IMG/VR virus record: IMGVR_UViG_3300047557_002984
Coordinates: 1-64,000 of that record
Source: a virus
DNA: 64,000 bases
Direction: 5' to 3' (one strand)
Below are positions 27,500-36,116 of the stretch, in pieces. The notes below the pieces were generated by a model. It was not told where the DNA came from. It searched no databases and worked only from the letters and a program-made list of their open reading frames with translations. Both the position numbers and the translations under genes were made by a program. Every line of letters begins with the position of its first letter. The first letter of the stretch is position 1.

Positions 27500-28366
27500 C
27501 TAATTTTTTGGGCCGACGGTAAAGTTTTGGCCGGGCGTGGTCTGGTTGCTCGGTTGCGGTGCTGGCGTGGCGAAACCAAGCGGTTGCGGGCGCTGTGGCG
27601 CTTGCGGGACGGGCTGAACTTCCTCCACGTCCGGCGTCCCGTTGTCGTCCCTGTCTACGTGCGGCTGTGCGGCACGAGCAAAGGCCATCGTGATTGCCAG
27701 CACCAGCGCAGCCAGGGAAGGCAAAAGCGCGTACATGCCGCCGTTGACGTACCAGTCAGGCAGGAAGGTGGACGGCTTTGTTTTTTCCGCCGTCTCCTTC
27801 AGAGATTCTTGCCCGCTCTGCACAATGGTTTCGCCGATCTCCTTGCCTTGTCCCAAAGCACGCCGGGCGGTGTTGTGCTGCCCAACGCCGTTCAGCTTTT
27901 GCGCGACCTCGCCTGACGACGTAACCGCAGCCGTAACGCCCGCGCTTACAATCGCCGCTTGGCCCTCAGATACGCTTTTGAGCATCTGAACGCGCTCTTT
28001 GCTGGATGACTCATACTTCAGCACGGCCCCGGAATGTACGACCTCTGCAATCAGCAGCAGCCAGGACATCCAGAAGCACCAGTTGACCAGCCGGACAACC
28101 GTGGGGTGTGATCTGTGGACACGGCGCGCGCCAATATCGTCCACGAACAATTCCCAGCAGGTCAGGATAAGCGCGACAGCGGGCAAGAGCAGAAGACCAG
28201 CCTTAGCCAAAAAGCCATAGGTGCCCTCTCCCATCACGCTTTCAATATGCGACCAAAGCACCGACGTGGTAGCCACGAGTGCCAGCGTGAAAAACGCAAA
28301 CGTTGCAATCACGCGCTGATTGCGAAACGTCGTCACGCGATTCGGATTTTCAGATTGATTCACCAT
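27500..28366 (-). CDS. Multi-pass membrane protein
   Basis: Three N-terminal TM segments, a helical domain, one more TM and a Pro/Gln tail; GAGGTG RBS. Confidence 0.75.
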   Translation of the reverse strand: MVNQSENPNRVTTFRNQRVIATFAFFTLALVATTSVLWSHIESVMGEGTYGFLAKAGLLLLPAVALILTCWELFVDDIGARRVHRSHPTVVRLVNWCFWMSWLLLIAEVVHSGAVLKYESSSKERVQMLKSVSEGQAAIVSAGVTAAVTSSGEVAQKLNGVGQHNTARRALGQGKEIGETIVQSGQESLKETAEKTKPSTFLPDWYVNGGMYALLPSLAALVLAITMAFARAAQPHVDRDDNGTPDVEEVQPVPQAPQRPQPLGFATPAPQPSNQTTPGQNFTVGPKN

Positions 28367-28577
28367 TCACCTCGAAGTTGAGGCGATGAAGGCGGGCCGT
28401 TGCGGAAGATGTTGCGGGTCGGATACAATGAAATCCGCTGCAAAGCTGCGCTCCATCGCAGTTTATGGCTCCCGATAGCGCCTTGTAATCACTATCGGGA
28501 GCCGCAGCGGTGATGATACACCTTTTGCCAAATTCCCGAAAGATGCAAAAGGCCAGCCGAAGCCAGCCTTTCCATTC

Positions 28578-28808
28578 TCACTTTTTCTTTTTCTTCGGTT
28601 TCGGCCCTGAACCGGGCCGCGCCCCGCCGCGCTGTCTCGGTGGCAGGTCGAGCGCAAGGCGCACGATGTTCTGGTTGGTCAGCGCCGCGAAGGCGACATC
28701 ATCCAGATCGGGCGCGTTTGCGCGTGCGCGCGGGCAGATGATGTCGCGCCATTCGGCGGCGGTGAAGCGGAGCTTCTCCACGATGATGGATTCTTTTAAT
28801 GTTCCCAT
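28578..28808 (-). CDS. Small putative DNA-binding regulator (Aca-like candidate)
   Basis: RHH-like N-terminus and RGGARPGSGPKPKKKKK tail; last gene of the DUF1874 operon. Confidence 0.6.
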   Translation of the reverse strand: MGTLKESIIVEKLRFTAAEWRDIICPRARANAPDLDDVAFAALTNQNIVRLALDLPPRQRGGARPGSGPKPKKKKK

Positions 28809-28812
28809 TTGC

Positions 28813-29334
28813 TTAAATCACAGCCACCCGCTCAATCCCCTTGGCGGTAAAGGTAAATTCCTCGCCGCCCGCAACCTGAACCTCTTTCCCTCCATCAGAC
28901 GCGAAGCCAAGCAAGGGCTCTTGGCTTAACCTAGTATCAAGCAGGACAGGGCAACCATCTGCAAGATTTCGCGGCATATCTTGCGGCTTCCACCATCGAA
29001 GCGAAAACAGGTTGAATGTGATGAGCGCGCCAAAGGTAAATCCAATGGCGTGGCACTCTTCTGCTGTTAGAATTTTGCCTTCGGGCGGTCGCCCGTTGAG
29101 CTTGAAGACAATCGCCACATCTCCAAGCCGCTGCTTATATTGAATGCGATTTACCGGAACATCTTGCCCTAGCAACTCAGAGAGAATCTGCGCTGTGGCA
29201 TCGTGGCCGATGGCCGATGTCACCGTGGCGCTTGGCTGATTTACCAGCCACTGCGCTTGTTGCAATGTCAGCGGGGCATAAACGGACGCCCCGTGCGTTG
29301 TCAGGATTGACGTGTTCAGTAATGCGATGTTCAT
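28813..29334 (-). CDS. acrIII-1: DUF1874/YddF family protein = AcrIII-1 ring nuclease homologue with a C-terminal extension
   Basis: LLN.SI, SAIGHDATAQILSELLG (catalytic GH), VNRIQY and FKL.GR.PEGKILT motifs. Confidence 0.85.
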   Translation of the reverse strand: MNIALLNTSILTTHGASVYAPLTLQQAQWLVNQPSATVTSAIGHDATAQILSELLGQDVPVNRIQYKQRLGDVAIVFKLNGRPPEGKILTAEECHAIGFTFGALITFNLFSLRWWKPQDMPRNLADGCPVLLDTRLSQEPLLGFASDGGKEVQVAGGEEFTFTAKGIERVAVI

Positions 29335-29372
29335 GATTCTCCTTTACTTCGCAGTATTACTTATGGGTTAAG

Positions 29373-29591
29373 TTACGCAGCAGGTGCTTTCTCTAAGCGC
29401 CAGACATTTCCGGGCACTTGCTGTCCGACCATGTCGGCGAGTAAAGCGGTGGCGTACACTACTGCTTCTTTTTGCCATTTACCACTAATGTTTAGAAATT
29501 CGCCTGTTTGAATGTTAACAACGCAAAAGCCCTGCTTTTGCGTTTCTGGCACGTTCGTTAATGCGCCCCGACTCAGTTCGTCGTGATACAT
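29373..29591 (-). CDS. Small hypothetical protein (anti-defence candidate)
   Basis: AAGGAG RBS; first gene of the AcrIII-1 operon. Confidence 0.7.
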   Translation of the reverse strand: MYHDELSRGALTNVPETQKQGFCVVNIQTGEFLNISGKWQKEAVVYATALLADMVGQQVPGNVWRLEKAPAA

Positions 29592-29662
29592 ACATTTCTC
29601 CTTGTTTTTTTACTGCGTCCTTGTTTCTCTCCGGCGACCCCATGCCGCCTTCGATGGTTTGC

Positions 29663-29690
29663 ATTATATTCAAAGTCGAACTTGAATCAA
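29663..29690 (-). promoter_or_regulatory. Promoter of the AcrIII-1 operon with operator
   Basis: TTGATT-16 bp-TATAAT; imperfect palindrome ATTCAAGTTCGACTTTGAAT at 29668-29687. Confidence 0.8.
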
Positions 29691-29708
29691 GGGAAAAATG
29701 CGATTGCG

Positions 29709-29742
29709 CAAAAAAAAAAGAGCCAGCCCGAAGACTGGCCCT
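29709..29742 (-). terminator. Intrinsic terminator after dnaN
   Basis: AGGGCCAGTC-TTCG-GGCTGGCTCT followed by a long U run. Confidence 0.85.
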
Positions 29743-29764
29743 TGCACACCACCGCGCACCATCA

Positions 29765-30856
29765 TCACACCCGCATCGGCATCACCACTTGCCGCTGGCT
29801 CGGTTGCGCCCCTGCATCCGGCGCGCACAATTCAACCCGTGATCTCGCATCTTTCATCCGCAGAACCACATCGCCAGGGAAGCAGCCGAGCGCATCCAGA
29901 AAATATGTGGAATTGACCGCCAGCGCAATGTCCGGCCCAACATAAGCAACCGGCATTTCATCTGCACACTCGCCCGCGTCACTGGCTGCACTGATCGCTA
30001 CGCGCCCATCGCTGAAATCCAGCTTGACCGTGCGGCTGCGTTCATCTGCCATCAGGCCCGCGCGGCGAATTGCAGCGGCAAGGTCTGCGGCGGCCATTGT
30101 GGCGTGGTGGTTGTTGTCTTTCGGCAAGACCAGTTCATAGTTCGGGAATTGCCCCGACAGCAACCGCGAGACAAGCAGGCGCTCTCCGGCGCGCACGAAT
30201 AGCTGATTCTCGCTCACGGCAAGCTCAACGTTGCCGCCAATTAGGCGCTGCATTTCGCTCAACGCCTTGCGCGGGATGAGTACATCTAGCTTCGCATCGC
30301 CCGCACCCGGCAGCGGTTCTTCCGTGAACGCCAACCGGTGCCCATCGGTGGCCACCAAGCGCAGCACGCCGCCTGCGATTTCCATCTTGGCCCCGTTGAG
30401 CGTATAGCGGCTTTCTTCCAGCGTAATGGCAAACGCCACGCGCTCAATTTGCCGCGCCAATTGCGAACCTGGGATTGGCAAAAACTCGCCCGCCGGTTTG
30501 GCCACATCGGGGAAGTTCTCAGCAGCGAGGCTCAGCAGCTTAAACCGACTGCGGCCATACGTAACTTGGATGTGTTCGCCCGGATCGCCGCTAAACGTGA
30601 TCTCTCCATCTGGCGCGTTCCTCACGACCTCACTGAGTTTCTTCGCGCTCAGGCAGCACGCGCCAGACACGTCCACGGCTGCCGCGCATAATGTTTGCAG
30701 CGTCACGTCCAGGTCGGTGCCGGTGATGCGTAACCATCCATCTTTCGCATCCAACAGCACGTTGGACAGAATTGGGATCGTGGGTTTGCGCTCCGTCACC
30801 CCTACCACAAGGGCAAGCTCTGCGAACAGAGCGGCTTTGCTAATGTTGAATTTCAA
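29765..30856 (-). CDS. dnaN: DNA polymerase III beta sliding clamp
   Basis: TIPILSNVLL, GTDLDV, EESRYTLNGA, VATDGHRLA, SRLL.GQFPNYE and VVMPMR motifs; TTG start after AAGGAGG. Confidence 0.95.
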   Translation of the reverse strand: MKFNISKAALFAELALVVGVTERKPTIPILSNVLLDAKDGWLRITGTDLDVTLQTLCAAAVDVSGACCLSAKKLSEVVRNAPDGEITFSGDPGEHIQVTYGRSRFKLLSLAAENFPDVAKPAGEFLPIPGSQLARQIERVAFAITLEESRYTLNGAKMEIAGGVLRLVATDGHRLAFTEEPLPGAGDAKLDVLIPRKALSEMQRLIGGNVELAVSENQLFVRAGERLLVSRLLSGQFPNYELVLPKDNNHHATMAAADLAAAIRRAGLMADERSRTVKLDFSDGRVAISAASDAGECADEMPVAYVGPDIALAVNSTYFLDALGCFPGDVVLRMKDARSRVELCAPDAGAQPSQRQVVMPMRV

Positions 30857-31020
30857 TCCGCCTCCTTCAGTGCCGCATCTGCAAATTGCATGCGGCAATC
30901 GCTACACGTTAATCGGTGCGTTTCCAGCCAGACTTGCCACGCGAGCGTGTTCGGTTTTGGCCAGATACGCGTTGAATTGCACCAGGGGCACGCGAAATAA
31001 AAGTTTTCAGGATTGGCCAT
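30853..31020 (-). CDS. 55-aa zinc-finger protein
   Basis: Read manually: MANPENFYFACPWC...TCSDC...; coupled to dnaN. Confidence 0.55.
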   Translation of the reverse strand: MANPENFYFACPWCNSTRIWPKPNTLAWQVWLETHRLTCSDCRMQFADAALKEAD

Positions 31021-31244
31021 TACTTACCAGCCTTTGACACCGTTTACACATCGCCACGCCCGCGCGTTCTGCCGTCGCCACGCTTGCGCCCTTGGCCCGC
31101 CGTCGCACGCCGCACAGCATTTGCCGCTTGGCCGCATCCGCGCACCAGTGCGCTTTGCTGTGGTCATTGCCACGGTGCCGGGTGGCGTAATACCACCAGC
31201 ACCAGCCGACGGCGCACGGGGCAAGCGGGGCAACAGGGAATAGC

Positions 31245-31673
31245 TCAAGCTGTGGCGTCATTAAACTCTCGCTCTTTCCAGCCGCCGCCCTCTTTCTTGG
31301 GCAATCGCTGAATTGCCACAAAGCGGAACGGGAACAAGGTGGCCGCGACTTTGATCTTGATCAACGCATCTTCTTGCCAGAAGCCTTTGACCTCTCTGCA
31401 CTCGATCTCACCACTCGCCAACTGCACCACGAAATCGGGCGTGTAGCGGCAGTCATCCGCCAACTTGAGCGTGAGCCGCTCAAACCAATAATCCGCGATC
31501 TCACCCGCCAGCTTAAGCGGCTCCAAGACCTCACGCGCATACGCCGCTTCTAACCCGTTCATCTGTCCGGGCGTGTGTCGTCCTCGGCTTGCGCGGGCAA
31601 CTGGACGCCTGCCGTTTTGTCGGAATTGCTTATAGTTGATTCTTGCGGTTTCTTGATTCTCCATATGCTCCAA
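31245..31673 (-). CDS. PD-(D/E)XK nuclease (DUF1064-like)
   Basis: MN.LEA.Y, YTPDFVV and EVKG.W motifs. Confidence 0.8.
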   Translation of the reverse strand: MEHMENQETARINYKQFRQNGRRPVARASRGRHTPGQMNGLEAAYAREVLEPLKLAGEIADYWFERLTLKLADDCRYTPDFVVQLASGEIECREVKGFWQEDALIKIKVAATLFPFRFVAIQRLPKKEGGGWKEREFNDATA

Positions 31674-31860
31674 ACCTCCTGCTTACCTTCAATCCGATGC
31701 GAAAGCTTGTATTGCCCTCGCTCTAGTTTTAGCTTGCTGATTTTCGCGTCAGCGGCTTCCCGCGTCAGTCCTTCGTGCTGGCGCGTCCATCCCAATTCCA
31801 CCCACGCGGCAAGCATCAATTCGCCGCGCGTTGGGCCTTCAAATTTCAAGTGCTGCGCTC

Positions 31861-32487
31861 TCATTGCTGGCTGCCTCCATTCCATCGCGGCCAAGTCACA
31901 CCAATGCGCTGCGCGAAGTCTTCCGCTTGCACCGGGCCAACAAAGCTCAGGCTTTGCACGTTGAATCGATCCCGCAACGCCAGCTTGACCGCTTCCGTGG
32001 TAGCCGTCGGTTCAAGCTGCAATTTCGCCAGCAACTCCGGGTTGTGCTGGATTTGGCATTGTCCGAAAAGATGCTGCCAGTATGCGCCGTGCGGGCCGCG
32101 CTCTTTTTTGGCTTTTTCCGCCAATGCGCCATCGCCCTCCATCAGGATTTCCAAGCGCAACGCCCGGTCGTCGTAGCCGATCAGCTTGGCCGCGTTGAAG
32201 ATTTCCGTTTCCGGCACATCAAACTTCACCTTGGCGCGCTCACGCGTGAAGACCAAGCTTGAGTTGATTTGCGCCAGGGCTGCACCAAATTCCGCAACGG
32301 GCTCCGCAGTATCCGCCGCAACGTAAAAACGCAGCCTGAGCCGTTTTTGCTTCAGCGCGAGCAGTGCCATCGCCGCGCCTCGGTCGGCATTGGTTGGCTT
32401 TGACCAGATTTCGATGCGCGCCGCATCGCCAAATTGTAACGCGTGCGCGGTCGGGGCAACCTCTGCCCAGAAAATCACGGATGTCAT
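31861..32487 (-). CDS. Hypothetical protein
   Basis: Coupled to the DUF5131 gene. Confidence 0.65.
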   Translation of the reverse strand: MTSVIFWAEVAPTAHALQFGDAARIEIWSKPTNADRGAAMALLALKQKRLRLRFYVAADTAEPVAEFGAALAQINSSLVFTRERAKVKFDVPETEIFNAAKLIGYDDRALRLEILMEGDGALAEKAKKERGPHGAYWQHLFGQCQIQHNPELLAKLQLEPTATTEAVKLALRDRFNVQSLSFVGPVQAEDFAQRIGVTWPRWNGGSQQ

Positions 32488-33522
32488 TTACGCCGCCTCC
32501 TTCAGTCTCGGCATTTCGTTCCATTCGACGCCATCAAGCAGGCGGCCAGCGGCCTTCTTGCCGACGCGGTACATCACTTGGCCAAGGATATTTTCGTATT
32601 TGCTGTAGGTGCCTTCGTGGAACTTCCACGTTCCGTTTTCATCAAAGATGCCGCGCTTGTAGTCGCTATCGTAATAACTCAGGATCGGCTCTCGCTTCAT
32701 TACCGGATGCTCAGCCGGAACCCATTCCCCGTTTTGCTTGAAGAAAAACGGCACACCCGCCGCTTGGCACTGATCGCGTAAACTTCGCGCCCAATCCGGG
32801 TGCATTGGACGCGCGCCGGGGCCAGACTCGCCGCCAACGATCACCCAATCAACGCGAGACGTATTTGCGCCTTCGGGATAGTTTTCATTTGCAGGCTTCC
32901 ACCCGTGGAGCACGTCCCATCGCTCAGGCCCAACTTTGGTTAAATTTACCGGCCCTAGCAGCGGCTCGCACGACAAGAAGCGAACACGCGCCGGAACCTT
33001 CAGCAAGTCAGGAATGCGCTTGTCGACCTGCTCTTGGTTCTCCACGGTTGTGCCGAGCCACACATTCTCCGGCGGCTCACCCCAGCCATCCCACGTCGGC
33101 GGGTACAACCTTTTCAAGTTCTCAGGCCGCTTTGTCAGCAGGAGCCAGTCCAAATGCGGCGTGTCATCGATCAGGCGAAAAAGCCTCTGACGTGGCGAGC
33201 GGAGTTCGGGTCGATCCTCAAACACGTCGGCCAGAGATGCGCAAAACACGCGCCGACGCTCGCCCGCCTTGGCTGCCGCCTGATTCCACGCGAGGGGTTG
33301 CCGCCAACCACGCTCACTAGCAACCTGCCTCTCCGCATTCGCGCCCCAGAGTTCACGCCCCACAGCGCGCGCAATGCGCACGGGTGGCTGATGCTCGGCA
33401 TAACAATGAGCACAAGCCGCCGATACCTTGGCGCAACCAATCCACGGATTAAAAGTGTAGCCAGGCACCCAAGTTCCATCTGGTTGTTGATATGAAGTCC
33501 ATTCAATTTTTGTTAATCCCAT
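32488..33522 (-). CDS. Phage Gp37/Gp68 (DUF5131) family protein
   Basis: TKIEWT, FNPWIGC.KVS..C.HCYA, VFCASLADVF, LLTKRP, SCEPLL, VGGESG and FFKQ motifs. Confidence 0.93.
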   Translation of the reverse strand: MGLTKIEWTSYQQPDGTWVPGYTFNPWIGCAKVSAACAHCYAEHQPPVRIARAVGRELWGANAERQVASERGWRQPLAWNQAAAKAGERRRVFCASLADVFEDRPELRSPRQRLFRLIDDTPHLDWLLLTKRPENLKRLYPPTWDGWGEPPENVWLGTTVENQEQVDKRIPDLLKVPARVRFLSCEPLLGPVNLTKVGPERWDVLHGWKPANENYPEGANTSRVDWVIVGGESGPGARPMHPDWARSLRDQCQAAGVPFFFKQNGEWVPAEHPVMKREPILSYYDSDYKRGIFDENGTWKFHEGTYSKYENILGQVMYRVGKKAAGRLLDGVEWNEMPRLKEAA

Positions 33523-34066
33523 GTCACCGCTCCTATGTTATAATTTCGTGGTACGAATTAACCTTCAGCTAGCACGTAAATCTTTATGGCTCAAACAAAG
33601 GGGGAGGCCATCCGCTTTCAAAGGACGATCTCACACAATAGAAGCCAAGCTTCAGATGAGCGCAGCGGCAAAATTGAGGGGATCGAATCGCACCGGCAAG
33701 CCTCACACTGCCGAAACGAAAGCGCGATTGAGTCAGATCACGCGAGAGCGTGGCGCAAGAGGCGAGAACCACTACGCCTATAAACACGGCCAACACCAAC
33801 GCAATCTGAGCGAGCGTCGAACAATTGAATACGCCAACTGGCGCGCCGCCGTTTTTAGCCGAGACTCTTACACCTGCCAGCATTGCGGCGACAGCAAGGG
33901 CGGCAACCTGAATGCACATCACATAAAAACTTTTGCTGATTTCCCAGAGCTTCGCTACGAACTTAGCAACGGCATTACGCTTTGCCAGGACTGCCATGAG
34001 AAAGTTCATCTGAAGCCAATTCCCAAAGCGAAGTGTCGTCGAAAAAAACACGCGCTGCCTACTTGA
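33521..34066 (+). CDS. NUMOD3 + HNH homing endonuclease
   Basis: GRSHT.EAK..MS and GKPHT.ETK..LS repeats; RD.YTC..CG, AHHI, NGITLC..CH...H. Start uncertain. Confidence 0.9.
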   Translation: MSPLLCYNFVVRINLQLARKSLWLKQRGRPSAFKGRSHTIEAKLQMSAAAKLRGSNRTGKPHTAETKARLSQITRERGARGENHYAYKHGQHQRNLSERRTIEYANWRAAVFSRDSYTCQHCGDSKGGNLNAHHIKTFADFPELRYELSNGITLCQDCHEKVHLKPIPKAKCRRKKHALPT

Positions 34067-34105
34067 CGTGTGATGCGCCCACTCGATTTTTGTATTTTCG
34101 CCCAT
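34067..34105 (-). pseudogene. Orphaned original 5' end of the DUF5131 gene
   Basis: GGAGG RBS plus MGENTKIEWAHHT, ending exactly at the HNH stop codon. Confidence 0.8.
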
Positions 34106-34307
34106 CTCACTTCCTCCAAAATTCAATTTTTCCGCCGTGGCGCATTCGTAAGATTCGCAATCCGGCCTGCGATTGCCCGACGTGCGCACGCCGGTTGCTC
34201 TTCCCAAGAGAACTGATTTATAGAGTGGCTCAGTCTAGGCGAGTAAGTGATTGCCAGATTTTGATTTCTCTATATACAGTCCAAAGAACATCACGGCGGG
34301 TAAATCC

Positions 34308-35210
34308 CTAAAACTCCTGACAGGCGCGCATAATCGCCCGCCCGATAACTTCCGCAACTTGCGGCACGATGGCGTTGCCGAGCGCCTTCAAAGAGGCCAC
34401 TCGATGCCGTCGAGCCAGTCGCTCGGAAAGCCCTGCAGCTGACTCACCCACCGGTAATTTAACAATGCGCGGCTGCTCCCATTCGTATTGAGGCTGTCCG
34501 GGTCGGGCTGGCCATTGATAACCACCGAAGCCGGAAGACAAGGCGACTTCCGCGCCTGCGCTGCGGGTTCCGTTCCGCTGTCTTTCCAGTCTCGCGTTGA
34601 GGGCGTCGGCCACAGCCGCGCAATTTGCGTTTCCAGATTCGGAAACCTGTTTGCCGCGTTCGCTATCGCATCGTCGGTTATTCCCGCTGCCATCGCGGAG
34701 CAATTTCGCGGAGTAGCCCACGAAGAAAATTCGCTCTCTTCGCTGCGATGCGCCAACGTCTTCAGCAGCCAACTCGACGGGGAACAATTCGTAACCTCTA
34801 GCCGCAAACTCACGCGCAATCCATTCGCTGAATTGCATTCCTTCAACGCAAAGTGAAGTGATTCCGCCAGGATTCTCCGCCAACACCCACACGGGTTTGA
34901 CTTCAGACACCAAGCGCAGAAAGTCAGGCCAGAGCCAGCGATGATCGGCGGCCCCTTTTCGCTTTCCGGCGACGCTGGCGGGCTGGCAGGGAACCCCGCC
35001 GCAAAGAAGGTCAACTGTTCCGCAGTGCTGGGCGACTTGAGCGCCCGTGAGCGTTTTGACATCATTCCACCTCCAAACATCTGGCCAATGCTTTGCTAAT
35101 ACTTTCTGGCAAAATGGCTCAATTTCCACCTGGCCAACGCAACGCATTCCCGCGCGCTCAAGGCCAAGATCGAAGCCACCCACCCCCGCAAAGAGAGATA
35201 AAAACCTCAT
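34308..35210 (-). CDS. C5 cytosine DNA methyltransferase, alpha chain
   Basis: FAGVGG, GVPCQ, ENP, Q.RERIF and LGNAIVP motifs; motif IX is missing. Confidence 0.92.
   Translation of the reverse strand: MRFLSLFAGVGGFDLGLERAGMRCVGQVEIEPFCQKVLAKHWPDVWRWNDVKTLTGAQVAQHCGTVDLLCGGVPCQPASVAGKRKGAADHRWLWPDFLRLVSEVKPVWVLAENPGGITSLCVEGMQFSEWIAREFAARGYELFPVELAAEDVGASQRRERIFFVGYSAKLLRDGSGNNRRCDSERGKQVSESGNANCAAVADALNARLERQRNGTRSAGAEVALSSGFGGYQWPARPGQPQYEWEQPRIVKLPVGESAAGLSERLARRHRVASLKALGNAIVPQVAEVIGRAIMRACQEF
34388..35065 (-). CDS. C5 MTase beta chain in an overlapping frame
   Basis: Internal GGAGGT RBS; WATP/WPTP repeats and motif IX-like LN.RWV.QLQGFP.DW. Confidence 0.75.
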   Translation of the reverse strand: MMSKRSRALKSPSTAEQLTFFAAGFPASPPASPESEKGPPIIAGSGLTFCAWCLKSNPCGCWRRILAESLHFALKECNSANGLRVSLRLEVTNCSPSSWLLKTLAHRSEESEFSSWATPRNCSAMAAGITDDAIANAANRFPNLETQIARLWPTPSTRDWKDSGTEPAAQARKSPCLPASVVINGQPDPDSLNTNGSSRALLNYRWVSQLQGFPSDWLDGIEWPL

Positions 35211-35214
35211 ACGC

Positions 35215-35484
35215 CTAAAACTCCGGTTGCCAGAACGTGCGCTCAACCGCGCGGCTGTCCGTGCCGCCATCGCCCGCGCTGGTGAATGCCGCTTGCTGCG
35301 CTTCGGTCAATTGCCGATTACTGGTGCGCTTTTGGCCCTTCTTGGCTGCCAGCGTCGCCAGCGTGCGCGGCTGCTTGCCCATCCGTTTGCGCATCATTGT
35401 CGTGAAATTGCGCGTTTCGCGGATCGTGGCATCGAAGGCCACGAGCACAGGATCATTGCTTAAATCAAGTTTCTTTCTTGCCAT
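35215..35484 (-). CDS. Basic hypothetical protein
   Basis: GGAGG RBS before MARKK. Confidence 0.6.
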   Translation of the reverse strand: MARKKLDLSNDPVLVAFDATIRETRNFTTMMRKRMGKQPRTLATLAAKKGQKRTSNRQLTEAQQAAFTSAGDGGTDSRAVERTFWQPEF

Positions 35485-35486
35485 CG

Positions 35487-36104
35487 TTATCTTGCCTCCC
35501 GTGCGGGCGTTGGCCCGCTTTGCGTGTTGTATCGCCCCGTCACAGTGTAATCGTTCAACGGCGGCGCAGCCATTCGCACCAGTTGCATTTGCATCACGCG
35601 CTGACCTGCTTCCAGCTTGATCGGCCACGGCGCAACGTTTTGAAATTCAAACGTCCACTGCGCGCCTTCGGGCGTGGCCAGCCCAAAGCCCGGATCGCCC
35701 AACCCCGCGTGCAAGTGCTCCAGTCCTCTGCGGCCCGTGCTGCTCTTGCTATAGAGCAGGGCAGTGACATCGCGCGGGATGCGGACAAATTCAAGCGAAT
35801 GGCAAAGCACGAACTCACCCGGTAGCAGGTAGTAAGTGCTAAATTCCCGCGCATCTTCCCAAAGATCATCCGGGCCAAGCGACCACCTATTGCCTACATC
35901 GTGCCCCTCTGTTTCCAGTTGAAACCGCGCCACACTCAGCCGCTCCGGTGTGTAAACCTCTCCCCACCAGCGACGCGGGCGGCGGATCAGATTGCCCAGG
36001 CGCAAATCAATGCTGGCCGGATTGATCAGCGCGGGATCGTATGGCGTCACAAGCGGCGCGTCCCCTTCGCACAGTGCTTTGATTTGTTCGTCGTTCAGGA
36101 TCAA
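35487..36104 (-). CDS. dcd: dCTP deaminase
   Basis: MILND..I, NPASIDLRLG, KSS.GR.GL, AG..DPGF and Y...GRY..Q motifs. Confidence 0.9.
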   Translation of the reverse strand: MILNDEQIKALCEGDAPLVTPYDPALINPASIDLRLGNLIRRPRRWWGEVYTPERLSVARFQLETEGHDVGNRWSLGPDDLWEDAREFSTYYLLPGEFVLCHSLEFVRIPRDVTALLYSKSSTGRRGLEHLHAGLGDPGFGLATPEGAQWTFEFQNVAPWPIKLEAGQRVMQMQLVRMAAPPLNDYTVTGRYNTQSGPTPAREAR

Positions 36105-36116
36105 GCGTGTTCTCCC

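Noticed and set aside
33454-34066. Group I intron or intein
   Set aside because: The HNH gene is antisense and fills almost the whole insert, no ribozyme core or intein termini are visible, and the downstream gene has its own start.
33584-34207. 207-aa minus-strand ORF
   Set aside because: Only the 13-codon DUF5131 stub is meaningful; the rest is antisense to the HNH gene.
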